A stretch of DNA of 63,229 nt, counting the filler, from Klebsormidium nitens (Eukaryota > Plantae > Klebsormidiophyceae), in assembly GCA_000708835.1 (NCBI GenBank). It is 5 parts of 5 records of this genome, joined end to end, with 100 filler letters (N's around TTAATTAATTAA, not from the genome) between each part and the next. Parts side by side here need not be neighbours in the genome. Positions count along the whole stretch, not along the records: positions 46,336 to 56,617 come from DF238222.1; positions 56,718 to 59,871 come from DF238604.1; positions 59,972 to 63,229 come from DF238590.1; 2 more parts are not named here. The stretch is one strand, 5' to 3'. Shown in pieces: positions 49,215-60,014 of this stretch (position 1 is its first letter; every line of letters begins with the position of its first letter). A model generated the notes under the pieces. That model was not told where the DNA came from. It made no database searches and saw only the letters and a list, made by a program, of their open reading frames with translations. The translations under genes and the position numbers were made by a program.

Positions 49215-50945
49215 TGTGACGATTCTTTGGTGATGAGGTTATGACCAGGTATGATTGTATTATGCATTATGGCAAAAGTGTTGTTATGATAAAGAAAGGG
49301 AAAATACATTTGACTGTTTGTAGTCCTGCTCTTTCTCGTTCACGTTTTGGCGATGATGAGAAGTCTAATACCGACGTGTTGTCTCATGCACAGTTAAAGC
49401 GGTTGGTGAAACGAGGCGCCTGCGTGTACTTGGCCTCTCTGAAGCCTATTGACCCAGACGCTGCCACGTGTTCTACCACTACTGTCGCTGGCTCTGAATT
49501 TTGGGGCAATCAAGATCATGCCACTACTCTGTCTGAGCCAACCGTCCAACCAGCCCAACCGAGCGACCCAGTCTCAAGTGAGAAGAAATGGGTTTCTACT
49601 TTGTTAAATGAGTTTTCTGACGTATTTCAGGATCCTCTTCCGGTTGGTCTGCCTTCTGAGCGTGCAGAAGGTCATAGTACTTCTACAGAGCCAGGGCATC
49701 CGCCTACGTTTCGGCAGATGTACCGTTTATCTCCGCTTGAATATCGTGAGTTGGAAAAGCAGGTCACCGCGTTCTTGAAGGCTAGAATTCTGGAAGTTTC
49801 TTAGTCTCCTTATGGTGCGCCTGTACGTGTTGTTTGTCGCTAAGCCTAACGGTCGTGATCTTCGTATGTGTGTTGATTATCGGGCATCTAAACTCGATAA
49901 CCATTAAAAATCGGTGTATAATTCCACGTATTGATGATCTGTTAGATGCTGTGAGTGGTTCGTTTTATTTTACCTCTTTGGAGATGTGACGTCTGGTTAT
50001 CATCAGATCATAATTTTTGAGGCAGATCGTCCGAAGACAACTTTCCGTACGCCTTCTGGACACTTTCAGTTTAAGGTGTTGATTGAACGCTGATGAATGC
50101 TCCGGCGACGTTTTAGACCGTAATGAACTCAATCTTCGCGCCAAAGAAATTTGTCGTTGTGTATTTGGACGACATTATGATCTTTTCAAAATCTGACGCA
50201 GAACATCAAGCGCATGTGCGGCTTGTTTTGGATGTTTTGCGTCGCGAGCAGTTATACGTGACAAAAGCAAAATCCAAGTTTGCTCAGAATAAGATTCAGT
50301 ATCTGGGGCATATCGTAAATGCACAGGGCATTCGTCCTGATCCCAAGAAAGCAGTGCTGTCCAGTCTTGGCCTGTGCCCAAGAACGTCCACGACGTGCAG
50401 TCGTTTCTAGGACTCTGTAATTATTTTCGCAAGTTCATAGATCACTACTCGTCGATAGCAGTGCCTCTGACGAACTTAACGAAAAAGTTTGTTGGCTGGA
50501 ATTGGACTGGGCGGTGTCAAGATGCTTTTGAGAAGCTTAAACGTAGTCTGATTGCAGCTCCGTTGCTTATGGCTCCTGATGAAAAGAAGCCCTATGAAGT
50601 TGCTACGGATGCTTCTGACTATGGCCTTGGTGATGTTCTGTTGCAAGAAGGTCATCCTATTAATTGCATTTGAGTCTCGTAAGTTGAACTCGGCAGAGCT
50701 TATAATTACACAGTTACAGAGAAGAGATGCTGGCTATTGTTCATGCTTTGCGAGTGTGGCGGTGCTAGCTGGAAGGAGCTCAGTTTTCTGTGTTCACAGA
50801 CCACGTGTCGAACACTTTCTTCCAAACGCAACCCAGTTTGTCACGTTGACAAGCACGTTGGTCAGAATTCATTCATCACTTTGGGATATTTAAGTGGGAA
50901 TACCTTAAAGGCGAACGTAATGTAGCTGATGCGTTAAGCAAGGGG
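49215..50945 (+). mobile_element. Decayed Ty3/Gypsy pol fragment (end of protease, RT, RNase H)
   Basis: EFSDVFQDPLP, YRLSPLEYRELEKQV, VVYLDDIMIFSK, QSFLGLCNYFRKFI, EVATDASDYGLG..LLQEG, AFESRKLN, ADALSR; many stops and frameshifts. Confidence 0.9.
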
Positions 50946-51284
50946 GATGTGACTGCTAGTCAGCTACAAAGCGTTGACTCTGATAAGGCTCAGCCTTCTG
51001 GTGCAGTATTTGCTGCTGCTGGCCGGTGTAGCGACACCAAACCGAGGAATGTTCCAGAACAGAAGTATGTCCGGCCAGACTGTTTCTGTTCGTGGTGGCC
51101 AAAGTGTTTCTAGTCCGACTTTTGACTCGAGTCCTTCCTTGCTCAAGCCCCTTATTGCATTCCAAAAGCATGAGGCCCATATTTCTGCTGGATGATGCAG
51201 GAATTAGAGGCTTTGAAAGCTATGTGCGCGCTTCTTCCGATGGTGACCGATTCGTGTTGCATATTTGATCATTCGCGCGGCTAG

Positions 51285-51790
51285 CGGCATCACAGTCGCC
51301 GGCACGGCACTAGCCGGCATACACGGCACTTGCCGGCGTACACGCGGCCGCCTCTGGCTTACACGCGGCCCCATCCGGCGTACAGCCGGCAAACCCCGGC
51401 ACCGCATAGTACCGGTAGTAACTCGCCGACCAAGCCGGCCGGCAGCAACTGCCCATATGCTCAGGCGGTCTGCGAGACCGGCCGCGGCACCTGCAATACC
51501 GCCCGGCAGTGTGGCGGCACAACCCCCGGTTTGTCCTGCCGGCACCAAGCTTTTCTGACTATTCAGACTGAAAGCCGCCCGACTCCAGGTCCCGCCGGAC
51601 CGGCGATAGCTGTCGCCGGCGCCCTGCCGCGTGATGAGCGTCGGCAGTCGGCTTGCCCGTACCGGCAGCAGCCTTGGTACACGCGGCAGCCGCGGGGTAC
51701 ACGCGGCAAAGAGCCGGCACACAGCCGGCGTGAGCGGTCTTGGCTCGGCACACTTCCGGCATACATCCGGCGAAGTCCCTAATTTCCGAT
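51285..51790. repeat. CGGC/GCCGGC-rich degenerate repeat between two convergent pol fragments
   Basis: Recurrent GCCGGC, GTACACGCGGC and CACAGCCGGC motifs. Confidence 0.55.
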
Positions 51791-52267
51791 GTATCCTAGG
51801 TCGGGTACGGCGGCGCGCATCTTCTTAGGATGGCATTTGACTGCTTTATCTCTGAGTCGCTAAAACAGTTGTTTCAAGTGGTTGAGGTGTTCTTTGAAAG
51901 TTCTGCTAAACACAATCAAGTCATCAATGTAGCAGCGGCAGAAAGCCCTTTCGGCGCGGAGGGTTTGGTCCAGAACCTTCTGAAAGTATGCTGGTGCATT
52001 TTTCAACCCAAACGGCATAACCAACCATTCGTATCACCCATCTGCTCCCCAGAATGCGGTCTTGCAGCGCGATCTCTTTCTGCAATCCGGATCTGATAGT
52101 AACCTTGCCAGAGATCTGAAGTAGTAAACACCTTAGCATCGCCTATGATGAAACGTTCTTACTCCTGGTGACCATGGGAGAGGCGCGAAGGCGCCTGGTG
52201 ATAAACCTCTCGGAGAGAAGGTGGTGTAAAGGTTACACCTCTGGTGGAATCCAGAGACTACATGTCT
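51780..52267 (-). mobile_element. Decayed Ty3/Gypsy reverse transcriptase fragment
   Basis: Minus strand IGDAKVFTTSDLWQGYYQIRI, YEWLVMPFGLKNAPAYFQ, CYIDDLIVFS, KCHPKK, with stops and a frameshift. Confidence 0.85.
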
Positions 52268-53027
52268 NNNNNNNNNNNNNNNNNNNNNNNNNNNNNNNNN
52301 NNNNNNNNNNNNNNNNNNNNNNNNNNNNNNNNNNNNNNNNNNNNNNNNNNNNNNNNNNNNNNNNNNNNNNNNNNNNNNNNNNNNNNNNNNNNNNNNNNNN
52401 NNNNNNNNNNNNNNNNNNNNNNNNNNNNNNNNNNNNNNNNNNNNNNNNNNNNNNNNNNNNNNNNNNNNNNNNNNNNNNNNNNNNNNNNNNNNNNNNNNNN
52501 NNNNNNNNNNNNNNNNNNNNNNNNNNNNNNNNNNNNNNNNNNNNNNNNNNNNNNNNNNNNNNNNNNNNNNNNNNNNNNNNNNNNNNNNNNNNNNNNNNNN
52601 NNNNNNNNNNNNNNNNNNNNNNNNNNNNNNNNNNNNNNNNNNNNNNNNNNNNNNNNNNNNNNNNNNNNNNNNNNNNNNNNNNNNNNNNNNNNNNNNNNNN
52701 NNNNNNNNNNNNNNNNNNNNNNNNNNNNNNNNNNNNNNNNNNNNNNNNNNNNNNNNNNNNNNNNNNNNNNNNNNNNNNNNNNNNNNNNNNNNNNNNNNNN
52801 NNNNNNNNNNNNNNNNNNNNNNNNNNNNNNNNNNNNNNNNNNNNNNNNNNNNNNNNNNNNNNNNNNNNNNNNNNNNNNNNNNNNNNNNNNNNNNNNNNNN
52901 NNNNNNNNNNNNNNNNNNNNNNNNNNNNNNNNNNNNNNNNNNNNNNNNNNNNNNNNNNNNNNNNNNNNNNNNNNNNNNNNNNNNNNNNNNNNNNNNNNNN
53001 NNNNNNNNNNNNNNNNNNNNNNNNNNG
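52268..53027. other. Assembly gap (760 N)
   Basis: N run. Confidence 0.98.
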
Positions 53028-54101
53028 AGGCGGGGCCCGTCGTTGAGTGAGGGCTGTAGCAGTCTGCCTAGCCCATCACTCAGCACCGGGCTTGCTTCCG
53101 GTCACCCGGTACCATGAAACAAGTCGGTAAACACTAGAACCAGTTGATATAATATTTGTGGGCCCGATCGTACGGTGGACAGTGACCGCCGGTCTGATTC
53201 CGGTTCCGTGCGACGCATCATGCGACGTAAATTTCACCGCAGAACTTTGAAAGATCATCGACGGCAAAAAGTCATCCTCGCGAGGTTTGAACTCTGCCGC
53301 ATTGGTATTCAGTGAACTCACGCTGCGTTCAGCAAACTTTTGCAACGTCAGCAAAAGGCTAAACCCAATGTGCAATTCAGTGTCTAGCTCAGGCTTGCGT
53401 TGCATATTGACTTCAGTGGTTATAGCCTAATGTATAGGAAAACATATTTCACGTTAGCAAAAAGGGCCAGCGAACGCTTTTGCCTGGGGTGAGTATGCTG
53501 CTCACCCAGCTCGTTCGGTGGATAATTGGCCCTTGGATGAATTAGCCAAACAAACTTATGATGTCTGCAAAAGGAAGGGTCGATGACGCGAGCGTGATGA
53601 GCAGACCGCTCATCCACTTCGTCACGGGTAAAGCCTTCCTTGCAGATCTCTCGTTAGAATAAACTTATAAACTAACGTCAGCTCTCACTCGACAAAAGAG
53701 CTGAGCATCGGCGATATGAGGTAGTATACCACTACATCCTCGATGCCCTAGCTCTGCCCTGGAAGTTCCAAATTAAACCTTTATTGAAAACTTCCTGACA
53801 ACGTCAGTAAAAAGGCGTTACGGAGAGTATGCTACCCAGCTTGCCTTGCGTAAACCCGTTTCAGCAATGTTTCCTTTGAAATAAACTTATATTTCATGAT
53901 CTGTGAACACCAGCAAAAGCGTAGGACGGAGTTCAAAAAAGACGTGGCCTTTGAGCCACACTCCCAGGAAACTTAGTCCTACGTTGAGGCTAATCAAGTT
54001 TAAACTCATAACTTGGAATCAACGTTGCTCAGCTGATCATGGCAGACTTTGTTACAACAGCCATGCACTTCTTGACGAACGCACATGCGCAAGGAGCAAA
54101 A

Positions 54102-54143
54102 TGGATGCTCCAGGGTTCGAACCCGGTAACCTGGGCATGGCTG
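54102..54143 (-). other. tRNA 3'-half-like fragment with intact T arm / B box
   Basis: Minus strand CCGGG-TTCGAAC-CCTGG-AGCATCC-A fits tRNA positions 49-73. No complementary 5' acceptor strand was found, so it is not a complete tRNA. Confidence 0.45.
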
Positions 54144-54834
54144 TTTGCGGCGTTGCCGGAAATCCGTTACGGGATAGCGACGCAATGTCTACTGAGTGAG
54201 CGCTCTGCGGTTGCGAAGGGGGTTACCCAACGCGGGTCAGTCTCTCGAAGGACTTTACCCCCGACTTACGAACTGATCAGTTCCCTGGAAGTCCGGAAGC
54301 TCGTCCTACTGAGCCTGATAACCCGCTAGGTTGATAACCCGCCAGGTCACCGATACTGACCAACATCCTAGTTGATCCTCAAACCCCTTGATTTCTTGTA
54401 TTTAAAGACGGGCAACTTCATCGAAAAGTCTTGTGGGTCCACTTGGATTTCGACCGTCGTTAAATTGTTCCGTCTCGGTTCCGTCTGGGTTCCGTCTGGG
54501 TTCCGTTTACGTTTCATTCCAAAAAGGAATTGGGCTCAGATCGTCCCGCTTGAGAGTGCGAGTGGTGGCTAGCAACGTCAAGCTGCCATTGCCAATTATC
54601 TTCTTTGCCCGTGCTGACTACGAAGCACCAGTGCAAATATATAAAGATAGCTTTCTGACTTCTGTGACACTGTGGGTCTGAAAAACACAGCAGAGAAGCC
54701 CACCTGATCATGACACGTGGCAGATCAACGGTGGTAGGCAGCTCGTAGAAGGTCGGCGGAACGGCTGACGCGGCCGCGCGAACTTCGTAGTCACAGATTC
54801 TGCAAAACTTTGAACAATAATTCTGTCAAAAAAA

Positions 54835-55508
54835 NNNNNNNNNNNNNNNNNNNNNNNNNNNNNNNNNNNNNNNNNNNNNNNNNNNNNNNNNNNNNNNNNN
54901 NNNNNNNNNNNNNNNNNNNNNNNNNNNNNNNNNNNNNNNNNNNNNNNNNNNNNNNNNNNNNNNNNNNNNNNNNNNNNNNNNNNNNNNNNNNNNNNNNNNN
55001 NNNNNNNNNNNNNNNNNNNNNNNNNNNNNNNNNNNNNNNNNNNNNNNNNNNNNNNNNNNNNNNNNNNNNNNNNNNNNNNNNNNNNNNNNNNNNNNNNNNN
55101 NNNNNNNNNNNNNNNNNNNNNNNNNNNNNNNNNNNNNNNNNNNNNNNNNNNNNNNNNNNNNNNNNNNNNNNNNNNNNNNNNNNNNNNNNNNNNNNNNNNN
55201 NNNNNNNNNNNNNNNNNNNNNNNNNNNNNNNNNNNNNNNNNNNNNNNNNNNNNNNNNNNNNNNNNNNNNNNNNNNNNNNNNNNNNNNNNNNNNNNNNNNN
55301 NNNNNNNNNNNNNNNNNNNNNNNNNNNNNNNNNNNNNNNNNNNNNNNNNNNNNNNNNNNNNNNNNNNNNNNNNNNNNNNNNNNNNNNNNNNNNNNNNNNN
55401 NNNNNNNNNNNNNNNNNNNNNNNNNNNNNNNNNNNNNNNNNNNNNNNNNNNNNNNNNNNNNNNNNNNNNNNNNNNNNNNNNNNNNNNNNNNNNNNNNNNN
55501 NNNNNNNN
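54835..55508. other. Assembly gap (674 N)
   Basis: N run. Confidence 0.98.
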
Positions 55509-56617
55509 CCTTACAAACTGACCTGGTGACAACCTTCTGCTTCGGCTTCTTAGCCTCAAGAGGCTTCGCCTGAGCTTGGGCGGGCTCGGGTACACCTTTC
55601 CGAAACTTACCCACATAAACCCAATACTCTTCGAGAATATCCTTACAGTTAGTAAGGTTCTTCTCTGGTTCCCAGGTATTGTGCTCGGGCCCATACCCTA
55701 ACCATTTGACCAGGAACTCTGTCTTGGTGCCTTTTCCGCGTTTACCTGTGGGGTTATCGAGTGTTCTTTCGACCTCATACTCTAATGAGTCATCGATTTC
55801 GATGGGTGGTGGAGGCGGCTGCACTCTGCCATTATTTCTGTAGGGCTTCACAAGATCAACGTGAAACACGTTATGCATCTTGAGATTTGGTGGAAGCTTC
55901 AACTTATACGCGACCTTGCCCACCGGTTCGATCACTTCGAACGGTCCTACCCACTTGGGCAGAAGCTTGCGAGTCCCTGGATTTGCGAGCTTAAAATTTT
56001 GCGTTGAGAGGAGAACCTTCTTCCCCTTCGCGAAAGAGACGTCTCGTCTCTTCTGATCAGCAAAAGACTTCATACGCGACTTGTGCTGCCAAGATACTTT
56101 GTTTTGCTCGCGCGATACTCATATCCATCTGACGCAAAAAGTCAATGGGGGACCCGAGTTTCCCTGCCCCCATCAAGAGGTGTACGTGGGTGCTGACCAG
56201 TATTTAACATAAACGGGGTTTCTTTAACCGATTCTTGCCAAGCATTGTTCACACTGAACTCTGCAAGATACAGCCACTCATCCCAATCGTCCTGCTGAGG
56301 ACTGGTGTAGTGACGCATGAAATCCTCTAGGATACGGTTAGCCCGCTCAGTTTGTCCATCAGTCTGAGGGTGGAACGGTGTGCTCATCTTTAACTGCGTT
56401 CCTAGCAGCCGCGCTAGCTCAACCCAGAACTTGCTTGTAAACCTCGGATCTCTATCCGAAACAAATTCTGCAGGAAGTCCGTGAAGTCTAAACACGTTAT
56501 GCGCGAACAGCTTCGCAACATCCGAGTCCTCAGCGGAGCATTTTGTGTGCGTGGGAGCAAAATGAACCATCTTGGTTAACCTGTCAACGAAAACCACAAT
56601 TGCATCATGACCACTCC
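55509..56617 (-). mobile_element. Chromovirus-type Ty3/Gypsy integrase with GPY/F region and C-terminal chromodomain, disrupted near 56140
   Basis: VFVDRLTKMVHF, FVSDRDPRFTSKFW, HPQTDGQTERANRILE; LLPKWVGPFEV, HNVFHV; EYEVERTLD..FLVKWLGYGPEHNTWEPEKNL. Confidence 0.92.
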
Positions 56618-56717
56618 NNNNNNNNNNNNNNNNNNNNNNNNNNNNNNNNNNNNNNNNNNNNTTAATTAATTAANNNNNNNNNNNNNNNNNNNNNNNNNNN
56701 NNNNNNNNNNNNNNNNN
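56618..56717. other. Assembly gap (100 nt) with TTAATTAATTAA linker
   Basis: N run with central linker. Confidence 0.98.
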
Positions 56718-56734
56718 GCGACAAGTGCTGGTTT

Positions 56735-57120
56735 GGGGGCCGCTATCAGATTGATGTAGAGCCCGCCGTCTCAAGTGATCTAGGAGCTGTTGTCAGGCTG
56801 GTTGCAAGGCATGCCGTTGGATCTCTGTCAGCTGAATTGGGGCGCTGTCGATTGGAGGCGGGGACCGCTGTTGGGACCCGCTGTCAGACAGATTGCGGGC
56901 CCGCTGTTGGGCTGATTCGGAGCCCACTCCTGGGGCTGCTTTGGAACCTCGATTTGAATCATTTGACGCCCGCTTCTGGGCTATCTTTCAAGCTCGCCAC
57001 AAAGCCAGTTGCCCCGTCGTGGGGCTGATTTGAATCGGTCTGTTTTGATGCCCCGCTGTTGGGTTGATCTGAAACCCGCTGTCAGGCTGATGGCGGGCCC
57101 GCCATAGAGCTGATCAGAAG
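56735..57120. repeat. Degenerate GC-rich tandem repeat with core CCGCTGT(T/C)(G/A)GG..GAT
   Basis: Repeated CCGCTGTTGGG / CCGCTGTCAG followed by CTGAT/TTGAT. Confidence 0.5.
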
Positions 57121-57277
57121 CTCCTTTGGGGGCTTCTTAAATTTGCCACTCTGGGCCTGCAGCGGGTGTCAACTTTCGCGTGGGCTGAATCCCAGGTACC
57201 TGTGCGGGTTCATTCGAAGGCTCCTATCAAAAGCTTAGACGGTATACAACTTTGAGAAGCTTTTGCTCACAGCCACA

Positions 57278-58855
57278 ATGAGCGCTGACTCGTCATCCAT
57301 CTGCCTTGAATTGCAGATCATGGAACTTGAGCTCTGGAAGAGAGACGGCGGCCGCTTCGTTTGCCTCGAACAGCATGCGAGCGAGGCAAGAAGCTGCGGC
57401 AAGCCTTTCGTGTCAAAGCAAGCTTTGGAAGGCCACCGGAAGCGGACGGGGTGTGAACCCTGGAAACTCCCAAGCAACCGCGCGCCCTCCAAGTATCACG
57501 GCCTGGGGCCAGAAGCTGCGAGTCGCCAGCTGAAGCGCCAAAGCAACAGGGCAGCCGTGTCCAAATACAGAACGACGCTCGACGGGGAGCGGGCCGTCCA
57601 TCGCGCGCGGCACATAGCCAACTACCGCCTAATGGCGCGTGATGCCGTGCCCGCTCCCCGGATGCCCAAAGCACCGGCTTACGTGCGGCCGCCTATCTCA
57701 TAGCTGATTGCCGATGCTGAGATTTATGTGCAGGATCTGAAGGAGAAATTCGATCTGGGAGAGATCGTGCTGAACCACGCGACGTGGTCCCTGCGATTCC
57801 ACCCAGATAAGGTTGAGGTGAGTCAACCCGTTTGCTACAGCTTCGACTTGGTTTTCGGGGTCACTCATGGCCGGCCTGCAAAACGTGTACATTCTTGTTG
57901 AATCAAGGTACATTGCCTGAAATTTTGGTCGATTGGTCAAAAATTCGTGTACATGCACCTTATCGGCCGCAGGACCTTTTGCAAGCAGAGGCAAATTTGA
58001 AAGCAACTGGTAGATTAATGTGAGGTTCCAATCTTGCTCCAAGTTGTGCTTGTCGGCATCGTTAAGGCAGGCCGTCTATCTGCACTTGTTAATTGAAGGT
58101 TGTCGATGTATAGGGTGCATGTGCAAATTGTCAGATCCAGGCTTCAAGCTCCAAGCGGTGCGCTTCGTGTTGAATTTGACCAAAGGTCAGGCCGAGTTTG
58201 GCAGTTAGAGTACATTTCTATCAATCAGCGTATAAAACTCATTACTGTAGCTGATCAGTTTACATTACTTTGTAACAAGAGAACATCACTCGATAATCTA
58301 ACTAGATTGGACAAAGAATCGTGTACATCATTCCTTAATGACTGCTGCATCATTTTGATTAAGGGAGGACTTGGGAACATCTTTGGCAATACGCGTACAT
58401 TTCCTCTCAATCGGAGTACATCATTCATCAATAGGTGTACATCATCACTTATTGACTGCGGCATCATTGTCAAGCAGGGGAGGAGTGGGGAGCACCTGCG
58501 GCAATTCATTGAGCACTTCACGGGCTCTCCAGATGGTCTGGAACAAGAGCAAGCAAAGAAGTGCTACGCTACGGAACTGTTTGCCCCACTCAACGAGGAG
58601 CGTTTCAAGCCCGGTCAAAGCGCTCAGAAAGCTGGTGGCATGTTGTGGAGAGCGTGGTTGTCGGTCGAATGTGCACTCATTGACGACTATGCAGAATATC
58701 TGGTCGAGTTTGAGGAATATATAGCAAAGGTGAAGCAAGCAAGCCGAGAGCTAGAACGGGCATGTGAGAGATGGATTCTTGAGAAGCTCGAGCAAAAGTT
58801 CGAGAAGTCAAAGGCATATAAGAGATACATATTGCACAATCAAACTACCGAGTAG
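57278..58855 (+). pseudogene. Spliced gene for a C2HC/C2H2-like zinc finger + HPD-motif (auxilin-type J-domain-like) protein, with a premature TAG
   Basis: ATG 57278; C-x10-C-x3-F-x5-L-x2-H-x5-C; in-frame TAG 57701-57703; the same frame continues to SLRFHPDKVE|GTGAGT (57817); phase-0 acceptor at 58477 then GRSGE..KKCYATELFAPLNE..; stop at 58855. Confidence 0.55.
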
Positions 58856-58875
58856 AAGCACTTCAACGGCTAGTA

Positions 58876-59833
58876 TGTGCAATGGTATACTGTGATTCTT
58901 TTGTGCACCGTATTGAACGATTCGAATGGATGCAATACTTGGTTTCCGCCCCCAATTGCGCTTACTGTAGCAGCCATCGAGATGGACAAAGCTGTGCTTA
59001 AAAGTGCTCGATCAAAAGTGCTCGATTAACGATTTTGAGATGCGGCTACCATGCATTTGGATCAGTGCCTTGAGACTATCTTGGATGTTGTAGCTTTGGG
59101 TGTATTCGAAACTTGCCGCCCCCCTTCGATGAAGTCAGCAGCCATTCCCCGCACTTTCACATATGATCGATGGCGCGAAGGTGTCCAAGTGTCCGACGTT
59201 TTGATGAGCGTTTTTGAGTCGACCCCCTTGGATGACGTCAGCAGCCATTCTCTGCACTCTCGCTTGTAATAGATGGCGCAAACGTGTCCGAGTGTCCGAG
59301 TTTTCAATGAATGTTTTCACGTCGACCGCTCTGATGACGTCAGCAAAACTCCCACCAACCATTCACTATGATTGTCGGCGCAAAGGTGATCGAGTGTCCC
59401 ACTTTTTAACACACCTTCTGTATATCCTTTCAGAATGTACGTCCTAGACTCAGCCTAGGACATACAGATTCTGATCGAAGATTATTGGTGGGGATGGCTG
59501 CTGACGTCATCAGAGGGGCCGCTCTCAAAAAGTACGTGAAAAACACGGACGCTGAGACAACTTTGCGCCAATGATTACAGATAATCGGTGGTATTGGTCG
59601 GTACATGCACATGATATCCGGCCATTCTATTCATTATTCAATCGGATAATTTGGTGGAATGACTGTTGACGTCATCAAGCTCATCAAGCACTTAGCGGCC
59701 GGCTGTGTGCAATGATATCTTGTGATTCTTTTGTGCGCCGTATTCAACGATTTGAATGGATGCAATTTTAGGCTTTCGTCCTCCGACTACGTTTGCAATC
59801 GAGCAGATGGACCGAGCGGTTCTTCAAAGTGCT
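58876..59833. repeat. Composite repeat: about 130-bp direct repeats flanking an imperfect palindrome built from about 103-bp TGACGTCA-containing units
   Basis: Direct repeats 58876-59008 and 59706-59833; forward units at 59128, 59231, 59333; inverted units near 59491-59600 and 59657-59679; central hairpin GTCCTAG-N7-CTAGGAC at 59441-59461. Confidence 0.75.
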
Positions 59834-59871
59834 AGAACCGCAATAGTATGATCGTTCAAAGAATTTGGTTT

Positions 59872-59971
59872 NNNNNNNNNNNNNNNNNNNNNNNNNNNNN
59901 NNNNNNNNNNNNNNNTTAATTAATTAANNNNNNNNNNNNNNNNNNNNNNNNNNNNNNNNNNNNNNNNNNNN
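59872..59971. other. Assembly gap (100 nt) with TTAATTAATTAA linker
   Basis: N run with central linker. Confidence 0.98.
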
Positions 59972-60014
59972 TGCGTTTATTTCACACGATTTTTCTCTTG
60001 CGTTACACAAGGAC

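Noticed and set aside
49201-49221. Polypurine tract followed by an LTR start TGTGAC
   Set aside because: The following sequence translates as the end of a retroviral protease (ILGDEVMTRYDC) and does not match the LTR.
54102-54126. Functional tRNA gene, or a retroelement PBS starting TGG
   Set aside because: No 5' acceptor or D arm in register; the T-loop register makes the final A position 73, so the CCA is not a tRNA tail.
52133-55694. Long ORFs containing X runs
   Set aside because: Artefacts of reading through N gaps.
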